Origin: Haliotis rubra
Taxonomy: Eukaryota
Assembly (NCBI RefSeq): GCF_003918875.1
Contig: NW_025765275.1
Location: forward strand, 1-64,000
Length of the DNA stretch: 64,000 bases
Reading direction: 5' to 3'
The position numbers were made by a program, and so were the translations under genes. Shown here piece after piece: positions 52,302-64,000 of this stretch. Positions within the stretch are counted from its first letter, which is position 1. Each line of letters starts with the position of its first letter. Below the pieces are notes generated by a model, which made no database searches, was not told the origin of the DNA, and worked only from the letters and a program-made list of their open reading frames with translations.

Positions 52302-53851
52302 GTCTTCAACAGGAACGGAAGGTTGCAGAACATGTGTCCATCGCGGGTTGACGAAGACAGAATTCCGCGTACAAAGCATCACACTACACCACAGACCTTG
52401 TTTTATGGAATGGATTCTTCCCAGACACCAGGAACTGCTACAGTCCTTAAACGACATGTTTATGCATATGATATTGTTGTTGATCAGCAGCAAGCCTGTT
52501 GCTCTCTATGACCAGAAGTCACATTGTTAATGTTGTTTATGAGTGAACAGAGTTTCAGTGTTGTTGGTCGGTAGGCATGTCGTTATTGTTGGTTTCAGTG
52601 CACACCGTGTCTTCGTCCTTACCAATAGGCACCGTGTTATTGACGCAGTTCTGTCGAACATATTAAAGACAACCATCTGCTCTGAATATCATCCTCTATA
52701 TACATGGGAATATGTGTTAGTTTGTTACGATTAAGATCTACATTTTTAACTTATCCCAATGTGTTGGGATTTGAATGCTTCTATTTCTGAGATGAAATAT
52801 TTCAATATATTTTCATTGAAAACACAGAAAAGCATCCCTTCCATACCAAAAACCACCTCAACATATAAAACATCCATATGGTAGGGTAATCAGTTATGTG
52901 GTACATAGTTTCATCAGTAGACTACCATCGGGTTCTGCTTGGACAATATGCCTGTTTATAACTCTGGGGCTGTGATACCGACTAAATATACATGTATACC
53001 CAGTACACTTTGAAACTGTCGACAAACCAATATTCGTGAGCAGAATCTAAAACTCTCTCTCTCGTAATAGATTATTGTGTGTTCCTGACGTTAGATAATG
53101 TTTCCGTACAACTGCTTCAAACTGGTGATTTTATTTTCAACTTTTCAGAGTCTGTCTGTGTGGGGTTTCGTAATCAGGAGCTTTGTATACAAGGAAGATA
53201 AACCGGCGGATCCCTCTGGGGACACACTGGGGTACTGGACAGATGAAGGTGACATTAAACAATTTAATTAATGTCTACTTTAAGTCATTGCTGTTTGACA
53301 ATGGTACAAGAATCCGTATAGACGCGTCTCACCCACGAAATACAACAGTTGTTATCCATAAAGTGTGTTAAATAGTGAGCTTTAGGTCTTGGCTTTGAAT
53401 GTTTTGGGACAGTTTCCGGGCAGATTTGTGTTTCCCCGCAAACGTGTCAGTTGTAACGTTTATTGTCTGAATAGAGTACGTGAGTACAGTTTTTGCAATA
53501 TTTCGGCAATATAACGAGATATAGGCTTCACACATTGTACCCGTGTGGGGAACCGAACCCGGGTCTTCAGTGTCACGAGCGGACGCTTTACCCTCCAGGC
53601 TACCTGTCTGAATAGAAGTGATCAAGCGATATCTAACGACTCAAAGGCACAAGATAATAGCATCACCAACATATGTTACACTGAAATCCCCTTGTGTACA
53701 ATGATAACTTCCAGTCACCTAAATCGAGGATTCGAATCCCACTTGGTATTTGTCTAGGTTTGGTAGCACCATACAAATGTTCTTTTGTTTTCGATGAGTG
53801 GTGAATGCTTCAGACCTGCACCCCTTCGTTGGGACCTTCTGCCTTCATGTG

Positions 53852-54101
53852 CCTACTGTTTCCATGTCAAGGCGTCAACGTCCTATTGTTTCCATGTCAA
53901 GGCGTCAACGTCCTACTGTTTCCATGTCAAGGCGTCAACGTCCTACTGTTTCCATGTCAAGGCGTCAACGTCCTACTTTTTCCATGTCAAGGCGTCAACG
54001 TCCTGCTTTTTCTTGTCAAGGCGTCAACGTCCTATTGTTTCCATGTCAAGGCGTCAACGTCCTACTTTTTCCATGTCAATGTTACAGGGTCCTACTATTT
54101 C
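53852..54101. repeat. 30-bp tandem repeat running into exon 6, 8 units in copy 3
   Basis: Same unit as 7351-7545. Confidence 0.9.
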
Positions 54102-57100
54102 GAGAAAACCGATGGAACATCAACGTATGAAGATACATTGATCAAAGTGTTTGCTGATGCCCGCAATAGAAGTATACCATACAGGTACCTGTATAGGTTT
54201 GGTACAATAGGACAACAATTGATAATATGGCGTATTGCGTCGATGAGGCAATGTATTTATGTTTAAGTTACAGTATATACATCATGATAACTGAAACATT
54301 TGGCCGATTGAGTCGCCTGAGGTGCAGATTTGTGTGACATTTATGTTCCTTCCGATGACTGAATACTTCAGACCAAAATCATGAAAAATGGTTCCAGTGA
54401 AAAATGGTTCAAGTGCCGCGATATATGATTAACGTGAACATATCCCGCAACATAGCATGTTACCCATACGCTGTGATATATCTCTTTTTGCACAACAGAT
54501 AATCTTTATTCCTTGATCTTTTGGTTCGGAACATATATCCTCATTCCTTTTTCTCCTCTTTCGATGCTTATCTTTCTTTATTCCTAAATCTTCCGTATTC
54601 CTTGATCTCGTTTTCTTCAAATGATCTATTGTTATTCCTAATGCATGCACTCCTCGTATATACGCTTATTCCTGTTTCATATCTTCTGCAGGTATGTGGA
54701 GCTGGACACCTGGTGGTTTACAAAAGGTCAAGGTGGAGGGGTCAAGGAGTGGACAGCACCAGCAGACATCTTCCCCAACGGCATCGAGTACGTCTACAGT
54801 AATCTAACATTACTGGTGGTAAATCAGTTTCCATATTGACACATTGATATTAATGGTAACACTGTACTACCAAGTATTTTTAGTGTTCATCAATACATAG
54901 GTAGCCCGACTGAACAAGATTCTATACGATTTACAACTTTGTACAGATTGTGTTCGGTTTTACACAAGTTCTGAAGAAATTGAATATACTTGATAAATCC
55001 CAGCAACCCTTAACCCCGACCATGTGTTCTTCTGGATGTTGTGACGTTGGTTTTGTTTATGTAGCAAGTCATTCACACACGCTCACACGCACGCACGCGT
55101 GCGAAAAGTATAAAACAGAGTTTTTGGTGGAAGGGTAGTTGTCTTGACATATCCCACTTTAAGACCTGACCTGCCCATTGAGAATAAGATGATGACATGG
55201 ATTGTTTTGTTGTGAACTAGTCGGAAAACACCACATTCAGAACGATCTGGGATAACGGTAATACAGATAAATGAATGTTATGTTTGTTTTCAGGTATGTC
55301 CACAGGAGTTTGAACGTACCTATTGTGGCGAAAAATAATTTCTGGTGAGTTGTGAGAAGGGAGCTTCGCAGAATGAACTAAGTGAAAGCATTAACATACT
55401 TTAGTCTTTGACGGCTCAATAGGGACATGATGGGGTTGTCTGTGTCTTTGTTGGGTGAGAGGCCCCTCCAGTTGTCCTGGAGGCAGTGACTTCGCTACAC
55501 TTCCGAGGACATTGTTTCGTGGTCTGTTGCGAAAAGCACTACATGTCCAGAAGGACATTAATTATGTTACGTTGATTCCGTGAAACTCTGCCACTTTCAA
55601 AACAGAAATACAAGAACTCATTTCAATATTTATTTATTGCAGGTCCAGGGATAACATATATGCAACACAAAATGGCGGAAAGTTCAATTTTGAAATGGAA
55701 GGAGACATGGCAATACCGACAGATGAGGCATTTACAAATATTATTGATTTATACATTTAGTTTACATTGAGTGTGGAACTATTATATTTCATCAAAGTAA
55801 CTGGTCTTGTTTCATAATAATATGATATATTTATGTAATCATTTCTAATACTAAAATATGGCTCCATGAAGATTTAGTATTTGAAATACGACAAGTGTAT
55901 CACGATGTGTCTATAAACAATGTCAGTAAAAGGAAGTGATCTACTGATCCACTCAATTTTTAACCACTCTGACCCTGACTTTAAACCAATCACCAGCGCC
56001 CTGTGGTGGTTGTAGAGGCGACTAAAAGATCCTTTGGTCAGGCTATGTTGTTTGGTAGATGGCGTGTCATCATACTACGAAAGCGTGGAGTGATTGAGAG
56101 AGCTGGATGTTTGCGCTGCGTTTTAAAGCTTGTCTCATGCTGAGTGTGCCTCAACAAACAATGGAACAATCTACCAATGGAGGAGCTGTGAAAATACTTT
56201 TTTCGATTCGGAGCCATGTGACGTCAGTGAATGATTTGTATATTTCCAGGCGTTCTGGGACAAAATCTTCAGTGATTCCAAGCAGTGGGGATTGGCCACA
56301 TATATACAGGTAGGATTTGCCACCATACGCTCTTAGTTACATTCTGCAATGAATTATTCATCGATATTTCTGGGAGAAGGCTTTCTTGGGACGTTTAACG
56401 CTTATGACGTCACAAAACAATCAGACGTTTCAGTGTAATCGATATTGTAAAGAGGCGGTCGTGAAATGTTTTATGGTACATATTGAACAAAACAGGGTAT
56501 TATTAGCAGAATGTTAGTAGTAAGTGTATGTCCCGGTGCTTATTGTTATACACGTGAAATGAAAGTTCTGTACGGAACAAGATATGCTGCATGCTTTATA
56601 TTCACGCAATTTCTAAACAATGATGACAAAATTCCTTCCTGACTGATACAGAAGTGCCTGATGGTCTCAGTGATGTTTACATATACTTTACAATACCGTT
56701 GATTGCGAAGTTTAATCCATGTGTATCAGTCAACAGAATATTGTTTTCTGCAGGACAACATGACGGAAATATTCCGTACTTTCCCAAGGATGCAGACGGA
56801 CCTTAACTTTGCGCGAGATTGGTTGGTTAAAATGGCGACGTCTGCTTTGAGACACAACATCACCATCCAGTACAGTGGCGCCACCCCAACGATGGCGCTC
56901 TTAGCGCTCCAGTTACCGGCTGTCACCCAGGTCAGAAACAGTGGTGGATGTTGATGTCTGTACATTTAGCATATTCACAGTGGCATAATGCGCTTACTGT
57001 GCATCCACTTTAGGACAAATTATGCATCCAGTCATAAGAAAGGTATGATCCAGTCTGATGTTTCCCCCGATACAATCCTCTGTATGAAGATCTAATAACT

Positions 57101-58214
57101 CGCAACAGGATATATTTTGTCATATGCCATGACGTATGAAACGACAGTGAAACATCGACACCACTATAATTGGGTTGTAATAGTTACATTCGGAACGCGT
57201 CGTTTTACTTCGTTTCGAGTTACACAAATCAGATTTTGCTGCTCCGAAGGCTTCTCACTCGCATAGAGAAATTTATATTGGATGTTAATACCTTTATCCA
57301 GGTGCGCGTCCTGGGAGGCTATGGCACAGAATTGGACCAGAGGAATATTCTTGCTTCGTCCGTATTCTCCTCACTTTTAGATGTGTTGGTCTTCAAAGGT
57401 GTGCTCCGTACACAAGACCAGAAGGGAGGTGGGAACATTTTTTATGGTTGCTATTGTGGTTAATGTTAGTTTACGTTTTTGTTGTTGTTGATGTAACCAT
57501 TCCCGTTGTTGTTATCGGCAGCGGCCATTAAGCCTAGTGGTATGGACGTCACGTCTAAACCAGGTGAACCAGCATGAATGCATACAACTGTAAAATCTCT
57601 CTCCTTGAACTCCCTAATCAGATTCGACAACGATGACATAGAGCTTTGATCGCTGCCTGACTAACCCGAGACATTTGATAGCAAATCCGTTTATTGAAAC
57701 ATTTAAATAGGATTTGATCCGCAATATACATTTTGATGTTCGAAATTCGTTAAAAAATGATAATTGACTCAGCTCAGGTAAAGCTAAGATTATTTTGACA
57801 TCTTAAAATTGTTCCAATTTTACCTATATGGCTGAAGGTGTCCGATGTGGACTAGTATAGTGTTAAGCGATGCTTTCTTTCAAGGCACTGGAACCATCAC
57901 TGCAGCTCAGAGCAGCGTGATAGCTGTCCTGTCGCGGGGTGCAGTGGGGATAGGTGACCAGATCGGACATACCAATACTTCCATCATCAATCGGTAGTTA
58001 CTTTTTCATCTATCCCCTCCCATCAATGATAATAATTATACACAAATGGCCTGTAAAGTGAAACAAGGGGTCTCTGTTTGCAGTTTCCCACTCGTAACCG
58101 CCAGTGTACAGCTTTGCATCAAGATGTAAAAGTAGGTGCATTCAACGTGAATGAATTTAATTCTTCTCCGTATATGTAAGTAACTTTTCTGTACCTTTTG
58201 ACACAAACGTTTAG

Positions 58215-58401
58215 TACGTTTAGTACCTCCCAGTCTCTTGGTGCCTTAGGTTTAGTACCTCCCAGTCTCTTGGTGCCTTACGTTTAGTACCTCCTAGTCT
58301 CTTCGTGCCTTAGGTTAAGTACCTCCCAGTCTCTTGGTGCCTTAGGTTTAGTACCCCCCAGTCTCTTGGTGCCTTACGTTTAGTACCTCCCAGTCTCTTG
58401 G
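58215..58401. repeat. 32-bp tandem repeat, about 6 units in copy 3
   Basis: Same unit as 11647-11770. Confidence 0.9.
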
Positions 58402-61400
58402 CTGTCGTTGGTATAGTGTCCGAGTTAGCTGCCAGGAACGCAACCCTTCTGACTCTCTAGGTAATGTAGAACGTTGCAACGTTGGGCAGTCTGCAAATTC
58501 TAGGAGAGGTATTGGATGGGTTCGACTAAGCAGCGCTTCCTGGTCCCGACTTGATTATCTACAGAAAGCCACCATATCGCTGGAATACATGTATTGCTGA
58601 GTGCGGCGCTGAAGAACAACCAAACCAAACCAAATCAAACCAATACCAGCCTACACTCATTGTCTTCTCAGCTCTGGTGACTCTCATCCCACTCTCACCT
58701 CTAGTAGGCCGTGTTTATGACACTCTCAGGTCTACAGTAGCCTATTACCATCTCAGCTCTAGTGACTCTCATCCCACTCTCAGCTCATGTAGCAAATTTC
58801 TTCCTTAACTGGAGAAGCATGCATTCATTACATTGTCAGCTCCTGAATTAATAGGGGACTTAATAGGACATGCCACTTTTGTATTCGTTATCGGCGACAA
58901 ATATTGTCGTTTGTGCGATGTTTGAGCGTTTGAACGCTCGTTGGTCTGTCCCCTAACTTGAGCCAGGTGACTCTAGGTATGCATCCACAGGTGATGGAGG
59001 CACAAATCTTCACTCAACCTGGAAAGTACTGTCGATGACAAACAAATAGATATCTGGCAATTTTCTTCTCAGGATATGTAGCTCTGATGGAACTGTTCTC
59101 AAGCCAAACAGGCCTACACTCGAAATAAATGCTCAGGTTGTGCAGGTGAGTAAGCTGTGACCGACCATAGCTCCGCGTTTTGAACACTAAGTGACAAAAT
59201 ACTCGATACTTCTCTGTTGCTTTAATCATACGAATGGTTTTTAATTGAAAATATCTTAAGTTTATTATCTTAAGCGATATTATTTCCAAAACCAAGATTG
59301 CGCTAACATTTGGCTAGTTCTCAGAGAATACTTCACCATGGTACTTTTGTGAAAGACTTGATTGATTCATCTCCGGGACATCCAATCTTTGAAAATCTAT
59401 AAATTTCCTTTTAAGTTAAGCACATTTAAAACAGTGGAACATACCAGGGGTCGTGTGACTGTTAGCGAATTTCTTACCTTTTTGCAAAGAACCAGTACAT
59501 TTATTCACCTAGTTATCCACTCATATTACTTTTTCAAACCTACTGCAGGAATACATGTCTGATAAATGGACACACTCAAATTAAAAAAAACCGAATTCTT
59601 TCAAACTCGGTATACTTTATTTTCAACATCAGAAAATATCTCGGTGTATAAAATGTATGCGAGTGTAAATCTATGACACATATCATTGATGCCTACCATC
59701 CAAGTGAAACCACAAGAGGATCCTTCCATGGTTAAGGGACAGTACTCTTCACCAATCTGTTGAGAGACTTACTTGCTAAGGGTACAACTCACAGGTCTCT
59801 ACGATTCAACTCTGTAAACTTTTACATCAGTTGCTATGTTTTAAAGATCACATGGTCATATCAGTAGCACACAATGTACCCGTTGAGGTGAAGAGCGCTG
59901 ATCTTGTCTGCAGGTTCAGTCAAAGGTGATGACGTTTTAACACGTGTTTATCAAAATATGCTGCTGCCTGTTTAAGAAAGTAAACTTGCAAATGACGTCC
60001 ACTATGTACCAGATGACATTTCAAGATGGCAGCGGCCCAAACGCCGACATCTGGGCGACACTCACCGGCTCGTATAAGGGTGGATCAGCCCCGGAACAGG
60101 TGTACGGGATTATCTATGTTTCCGGATTGAACAGGACGTTTGACATCACCCCGACGGCAGCCGATATTGGGTTTGAAGTGAGTATGCCGTACGTATTTAA
60201 AGGGACATTCGGCGCGAAGAAAGCGCAAATCCCAGCCAATATGATTCAAGTAGTTTAAACATCACGTACGACATCAGTGATGTATCATATCTGTAAAGAA
60301 TGCGTTAAGTTACGAATGTGAGACGAATTGCACTTTAGATTATGCATGTTGTATCGACGGTTCAATTTTTTTATATGCATATTGGTCTATCAAGCAAATA
60401 AATTCCTACCCAAAACGATACTTAAATTGGCACGTGGCAGTACTTCAATACTTCAAACTTAAGCTGGAAATTGTGTGTTTCCAATGCTTGCTCATCAAAT
60501 GGATAAATATCAGTTGGGTATGAGTTACATCTGTTAAGTAATCCACACTTGGTACCTAATCTTCATCAATGAGATCGGGTAACAGCACGTTGAACGTATT
60601 TCAGGTACATGTAGATAGACAGCGATGGGATAGCCTTGTGGCTGAAGCGTTGGTTTGTTACGTTCACCTTCGGTGGTGTGGCATGGGTCCTGGAATGAAG
60701 GAAACTCACCGAAGCAACAATTAATGTCTGTACATCGGAAAATGGTGCTTCCAATGCCTCAATCTTCAGGCTTCAGCACCTACACATATTTACTGTTGCA
60801 GTACCCAGTGAGCAAGATCTTCTCTGCAGCTGATCCAACAAAGCAATACGACTTCAGCGACAGCAAACCCTTCACCATCCCGCCATGCCAACTGGAATTC
60901 TGCATGTACTATACGTCACCAGTTATAAAATACAAGTAAGGCACCTATTGTTCATATTTCGCAAAACTCAGCTTTCCAGATTGATATGCAAATACGTCTC
61001 TTATAAATTAAGAACATCCAAAAACATTAAGAGCTATCTACAGCACCAACTTCAAGGTAACGTGTTCACTGTTCTTATCAGTTATGTATGTTTCACGAGG
61101 TTAACAGGATAATATAAAGGAAATAAACATCTGTATCATCTGCCGTAGGAATCTATTTTTTTAACATGGGACTTAAATATATTCCGTTAAATTCCGTCGA
61201 TTTCCGTAGATGTTTGTTGGCGGTGGGCGGTGTCGTTATCCACATGGGTGCAGTATGTGAAGTTCACATCTAGTGTCCCCGACTGGGATAATGCTGGAAT
61301 AATGTCGACATTAATAATCAGTGTTTGTTTTGTTTAAAATGCTACATCAAACACATTTTGACTATGTCACATACAAGACATTTGACATGCCTCCCAAATT

Positions 61401-62250
61401 TGCTTTCCACCAAGTATTGAATCTTGACCTTCATCTAAGTTTATGTCAGAATATGGGATTGAGAAAACTGTGCCATGTTGGGGGATAAAACTGGAGATAA
61501 AGCCCAATGACCAGCTGATCCTGTTACGGATAAGGGACATAACTGTATCATCTTATTCACCTTGGTTCTTCCAACGTCCTATGCTACAAATCCCTTAAAC
61601 CTTAGGCACCCTTGAAGAGCCACCTCCTCGTGGTGGGTGCTGGGTAACGCTAAGCGTTCTTCGAGCTCCCGTTATGGACCCGGGGGGATATTTGGTCCAC
61701 CAACCCGTTTGCCGTGGGTTGCGCCCCTGTGTCGGTGGAGGACGGGAGTCTGGTGGTTGAGGGCAATAAGATCCTGGAACCGTGTTCCCTTTGCCCAACA
61801 CACCACTTTGGCCCTTACTTCACCTAGACGGGTGGTAGAACTGGCCCGGTTCTATCAATCGGCTGGTCACGCCGTGCCCTGCGCATTGAATCATTCAAAT
61901 TTATATCAATGTACATTTATATAATGTTGATATTGAATGTTGTATTTCACAAATATATTGTTATATCTATTTGCCTAGAATCAGTCCTATGCCAGAAGGC
62001 GGTGGCTCATGGGCCAATCTGGTGATAATGACCTCCAAATGATGTATGTCTTCCACTTCTTGTCACGGGCCGAACCAGTCTGACATTTTGTTGGTAGATA
62101 AATGCAGCCATTTGTGTTGTTTTCTTTGGAGTATAACACCCCTGTATCCCTGGTGTCAGCATCTTGGAGATCCGGTGCATATTGACACTGTCCTTGTTGA
62201 CACTCCATGGTGGGTGGGGAGCAGGGGTGCTGAACCATATTCGTTCCATT

Positions 62251-63420
62251 ATGACTACACAACTATCTGGTTCAGCAAGAAATAAAAACAAAGAGACGAA
62301 TCGACAATGTTGATGAATCTTTGAGAACTGTTCCCTCAAATGCTGATTCCTGGGCTCGTTTCCTGGTGATAGAGGCTACTGATTTCCTACCGATCAAATT
62401 AAATCCTTTCGCTATTTCCAAGGCTGTTCTGGAATTTGTGGGGACGTTAAAAACGTCACCCGTCTCCGTAGCGGTTCACTTCTGGTGGAATGTGCACGGA
62501 AACAGCAATCTCTAAATCTTTTATCGATTGAAACATTTGCTAAAGTTGAGGTTGCTGTGTCTGTGCACAGAACTTTAAATTCCTGTCGTGGAATCATTCG
62601 CGACAGAGCTCGTTGTCTGTCAGACATGTCCGAGGAGGACATTGCTTCAGAACTACATGATCAGGGTGTGACAGCAGTCAAACGTTTCACGTTCAAGAAA
62701 GAAGGTAACATTGTGCAAACAAATACTTACCTCTTAACGTTTGCGCGTGCCTCATTGCCACAGTCTATAAAAGCAGGGTATTTTAATATCGGAGTGGACG
62801 TGTATGTCCCCAGTCCACTCCGGTGTTATAAATGTCAAAAATTTGGTCATGGATCAAACTCTTGTCGTGGTTCTGTGATTTGTCATCGCTGTGGCGAGAG
62901 CCACGACAGCACAGACTGTAACAAGATTTTTCAATGTGCTAACTGCCATGGCCCTCATGGTGTCTCATCAAAATCATGCCCTGTGTGGCAAAAGGAGTAA
63001 AAAATCATGAGATTAAAATGTGAGAAAAACATCCTTTACCTTGAGGCTAAGAACCTTTTTGCAAAATGAGGTTTCTACTCCAGTGACATACTCTGCTGCA
63101 GTCACTCGTACTGTATCAATGTCCTCTGTTGCTTGTCAAACTGATTTGACTTGGGTCATGTCAGTAAAACCTGTTTCTGCTGCTCCACTAAAGCCCCCAG
63201 CTACTCAACCTATGTCCCCAGTCACACAGTCTACTTCTTCTTCCCAGACTGCGAGTCTGCCTGAGGTACAATCCAAAACAGTTCACACACAGCCAGCCTC
63301 ACTCAGTTCTGGAAAACCAAAAGGTAAAAAATTAAACAGAAAAGAGACACATTCCGTCCATTTACCTTCCGAGCTCCCTTTGGAGAATCCCTTTGGACCT
63401 CTCGACATGAAGGCCACACT
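62251..63420 (+). pseudogene. LINE ORF1 (gag-like nucleic-acid-binding protein with three CCHC knuckles), frameshifted and with a stop
   Basis: PLRCYKCQKFGHGSNSC, CHRCGESHDSTDC and CANCHGPHGVSSKSC in ORF 62485-63000; upstream LNPFAISK motif; Ser/Thr/Pro-rich tail in ORF 63020-63427. Confidence 0.88.
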
Positions 63421-63422
63421 GT

Positions 63423-64000
63423 CATAACAATCTCATAACAAATATTCAATGTGGTTTCAGGAAAAATCGTAGTACCATTGATCATTTGGTACGTTTAGAA
63501 TCCTTTGTTAAAAATGCAATATTAAATAAACAACATGCAGTATCGATATTCTTTGATCTCGAGAAAGCGTACGATACCACCTGGAAGCATGGCATTTTAA
63601 AGGATTTACATGATTTTGGTTTAAGGGGTCGTTTACCTCTTTTTATATCACAGTTTTTATCAGACAGGCAATTTCAAGTCCGAGTGGGTTCAACCCAGTC
63701 TGACCATTATAATCAGGATCAAGTTGTCCCCCAAGGAAGTATTTTGTCTGTCACTTTATTTAGCATTAAGATCAACAGCTTATCCAAGGTTTTAAACGAT
63801 TCAATTGATGGATCACTTTTTGTGGATGATTTTAACATTTCTTGTCGCGGTAAGAATATGCATACTATCGAACGGCAACTACAGTTGTGTTTAAATAAAA
63901 TACATAAATGGTGTCTTGAAAACGGCTTTAAATTTTCTAAATCAAAAACTAATTGCATACATTTCTGCCGTAAATATAAACCACATAAAGACCCAGAACT
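63423..64000 (+). pseudogene. LINE ORF2 reverse-transcriptase fragment; the endonuclease domain is missing
   Basis: Open frame not listed in the ORF track: QCGFRKNRSTIDHL, FFDLEKAYDTTW, VPQGSILSVTLF, LFVDDF, WCLENGFKFSKSKT. Confidence 0.92.

Larger units (their letters stand above)
45951..60935 (+). pseudogene. Copy 3 (3'-partial) of the GH-D-like gene; exons 1-16, with frameshifts in exons 1 and 3 as assembled
   Basis: Exons: 45951-46013 (63 nt vs 64 in copy 2), 49151-49434, 49826-49969 (acceptor AG reads GG; 144 nt vs 143), 51425-51662, 53149-53248, 54088-54184, 54692-54787, 55294-55344, 55643-55727, 56250-56309, 56754-56930, 57302-57428, 57885-57993, 59073-59145, 60013-60177, 60802-60935. 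Exon 17 would lie past the LINE, outside the window. The lesions may be consensus errors. Confidence 0.72.
4452..61605 (+). repeat. Head-to-tail tandem segmental duplication, unit ~22-25 kb, about 2.4 units visible
   Basis: Colinear, highly similar exons, introns and intergenic DNA. Exon 4 starts at 4949, 26686 and 51425; exon 16 at 13772, 36888 and 60802; exon 1 at 21164 and 45951. Confidence 0.97.
61606..64000 (+). mobile_element. Non-LTR retrotransposon of the I group (I/Nimb-like), 5' portion, internally deleted; in intron 16 of copy 3 and running off the window
   Basis: Similarity to copy 2 breaks right after aaaccttag (61605; empty site near 37688). A GC-richer 5' UTR is followed by a gag-like ORF1 and then reverse transcriptase. 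Confidence 0.9.

Noticed and set aside
53785-54266. Overlapping repeat ORFs in three frames (also 7187-7710)
   Set aside because: Translations of the stop-free 30-bp repeat; only the exon-6 part is coding.
4949-60935. Assigning a gene symbol such as GLA, NAGA, MYORG or GBA2
   Set aside because: The motifs support only clan-level similarity; no orthology can be established without searches.

Overview
Eukaryotic (animal) genomic DNA, AT-rich and intron-rich. The tRNA-headed SINEs with (CTCA)n tails suggest a mollusc, possibly an abalone; this is an inference from recalled repeat families, not verified. From about 4452 to about 61605 the window is a head-to-tail array of a ~22-25 kb unit, seen about 2.4 times. 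Each unit carries one + strand, 17-exon gene, which I reconstructed by hand from splice sites and phases (2310 nt, 769 aa). The protein has a signal peptide, many N-glycosylation sequons, a clan GH-D (GH36 / raffinose-synthase-Sip1-like) glycoside-hydrolase barrel and a C-terminal GPI-type tail. The expected acid/base Asp appears to be replaced by Gly in all three copies, so this may be a cell-surface pseudo-glycosidase or glycan-binding protein. As assembled, each copy has a different lesion: copy 1 lacks exon 14, copy 2 has a TAG in exon 5, and copy 3 has frameshifts in exons 1 and 3 and a lost acceptor. The copies differ by private insertions: a Tc1/mariner element, several SINEs with TSDs, an I-group LINE at the right end, and a TTAA-targeting DNA element at the left end that holds a nested degenerate spliced gene. 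They also differ in copy number of four intronic minisatellites. Short palindromes with hammerhead-ribozyme-like cores (Penelope-type remnants) are present. No rRNA, CRISPR or genuine tRNA gene was found.
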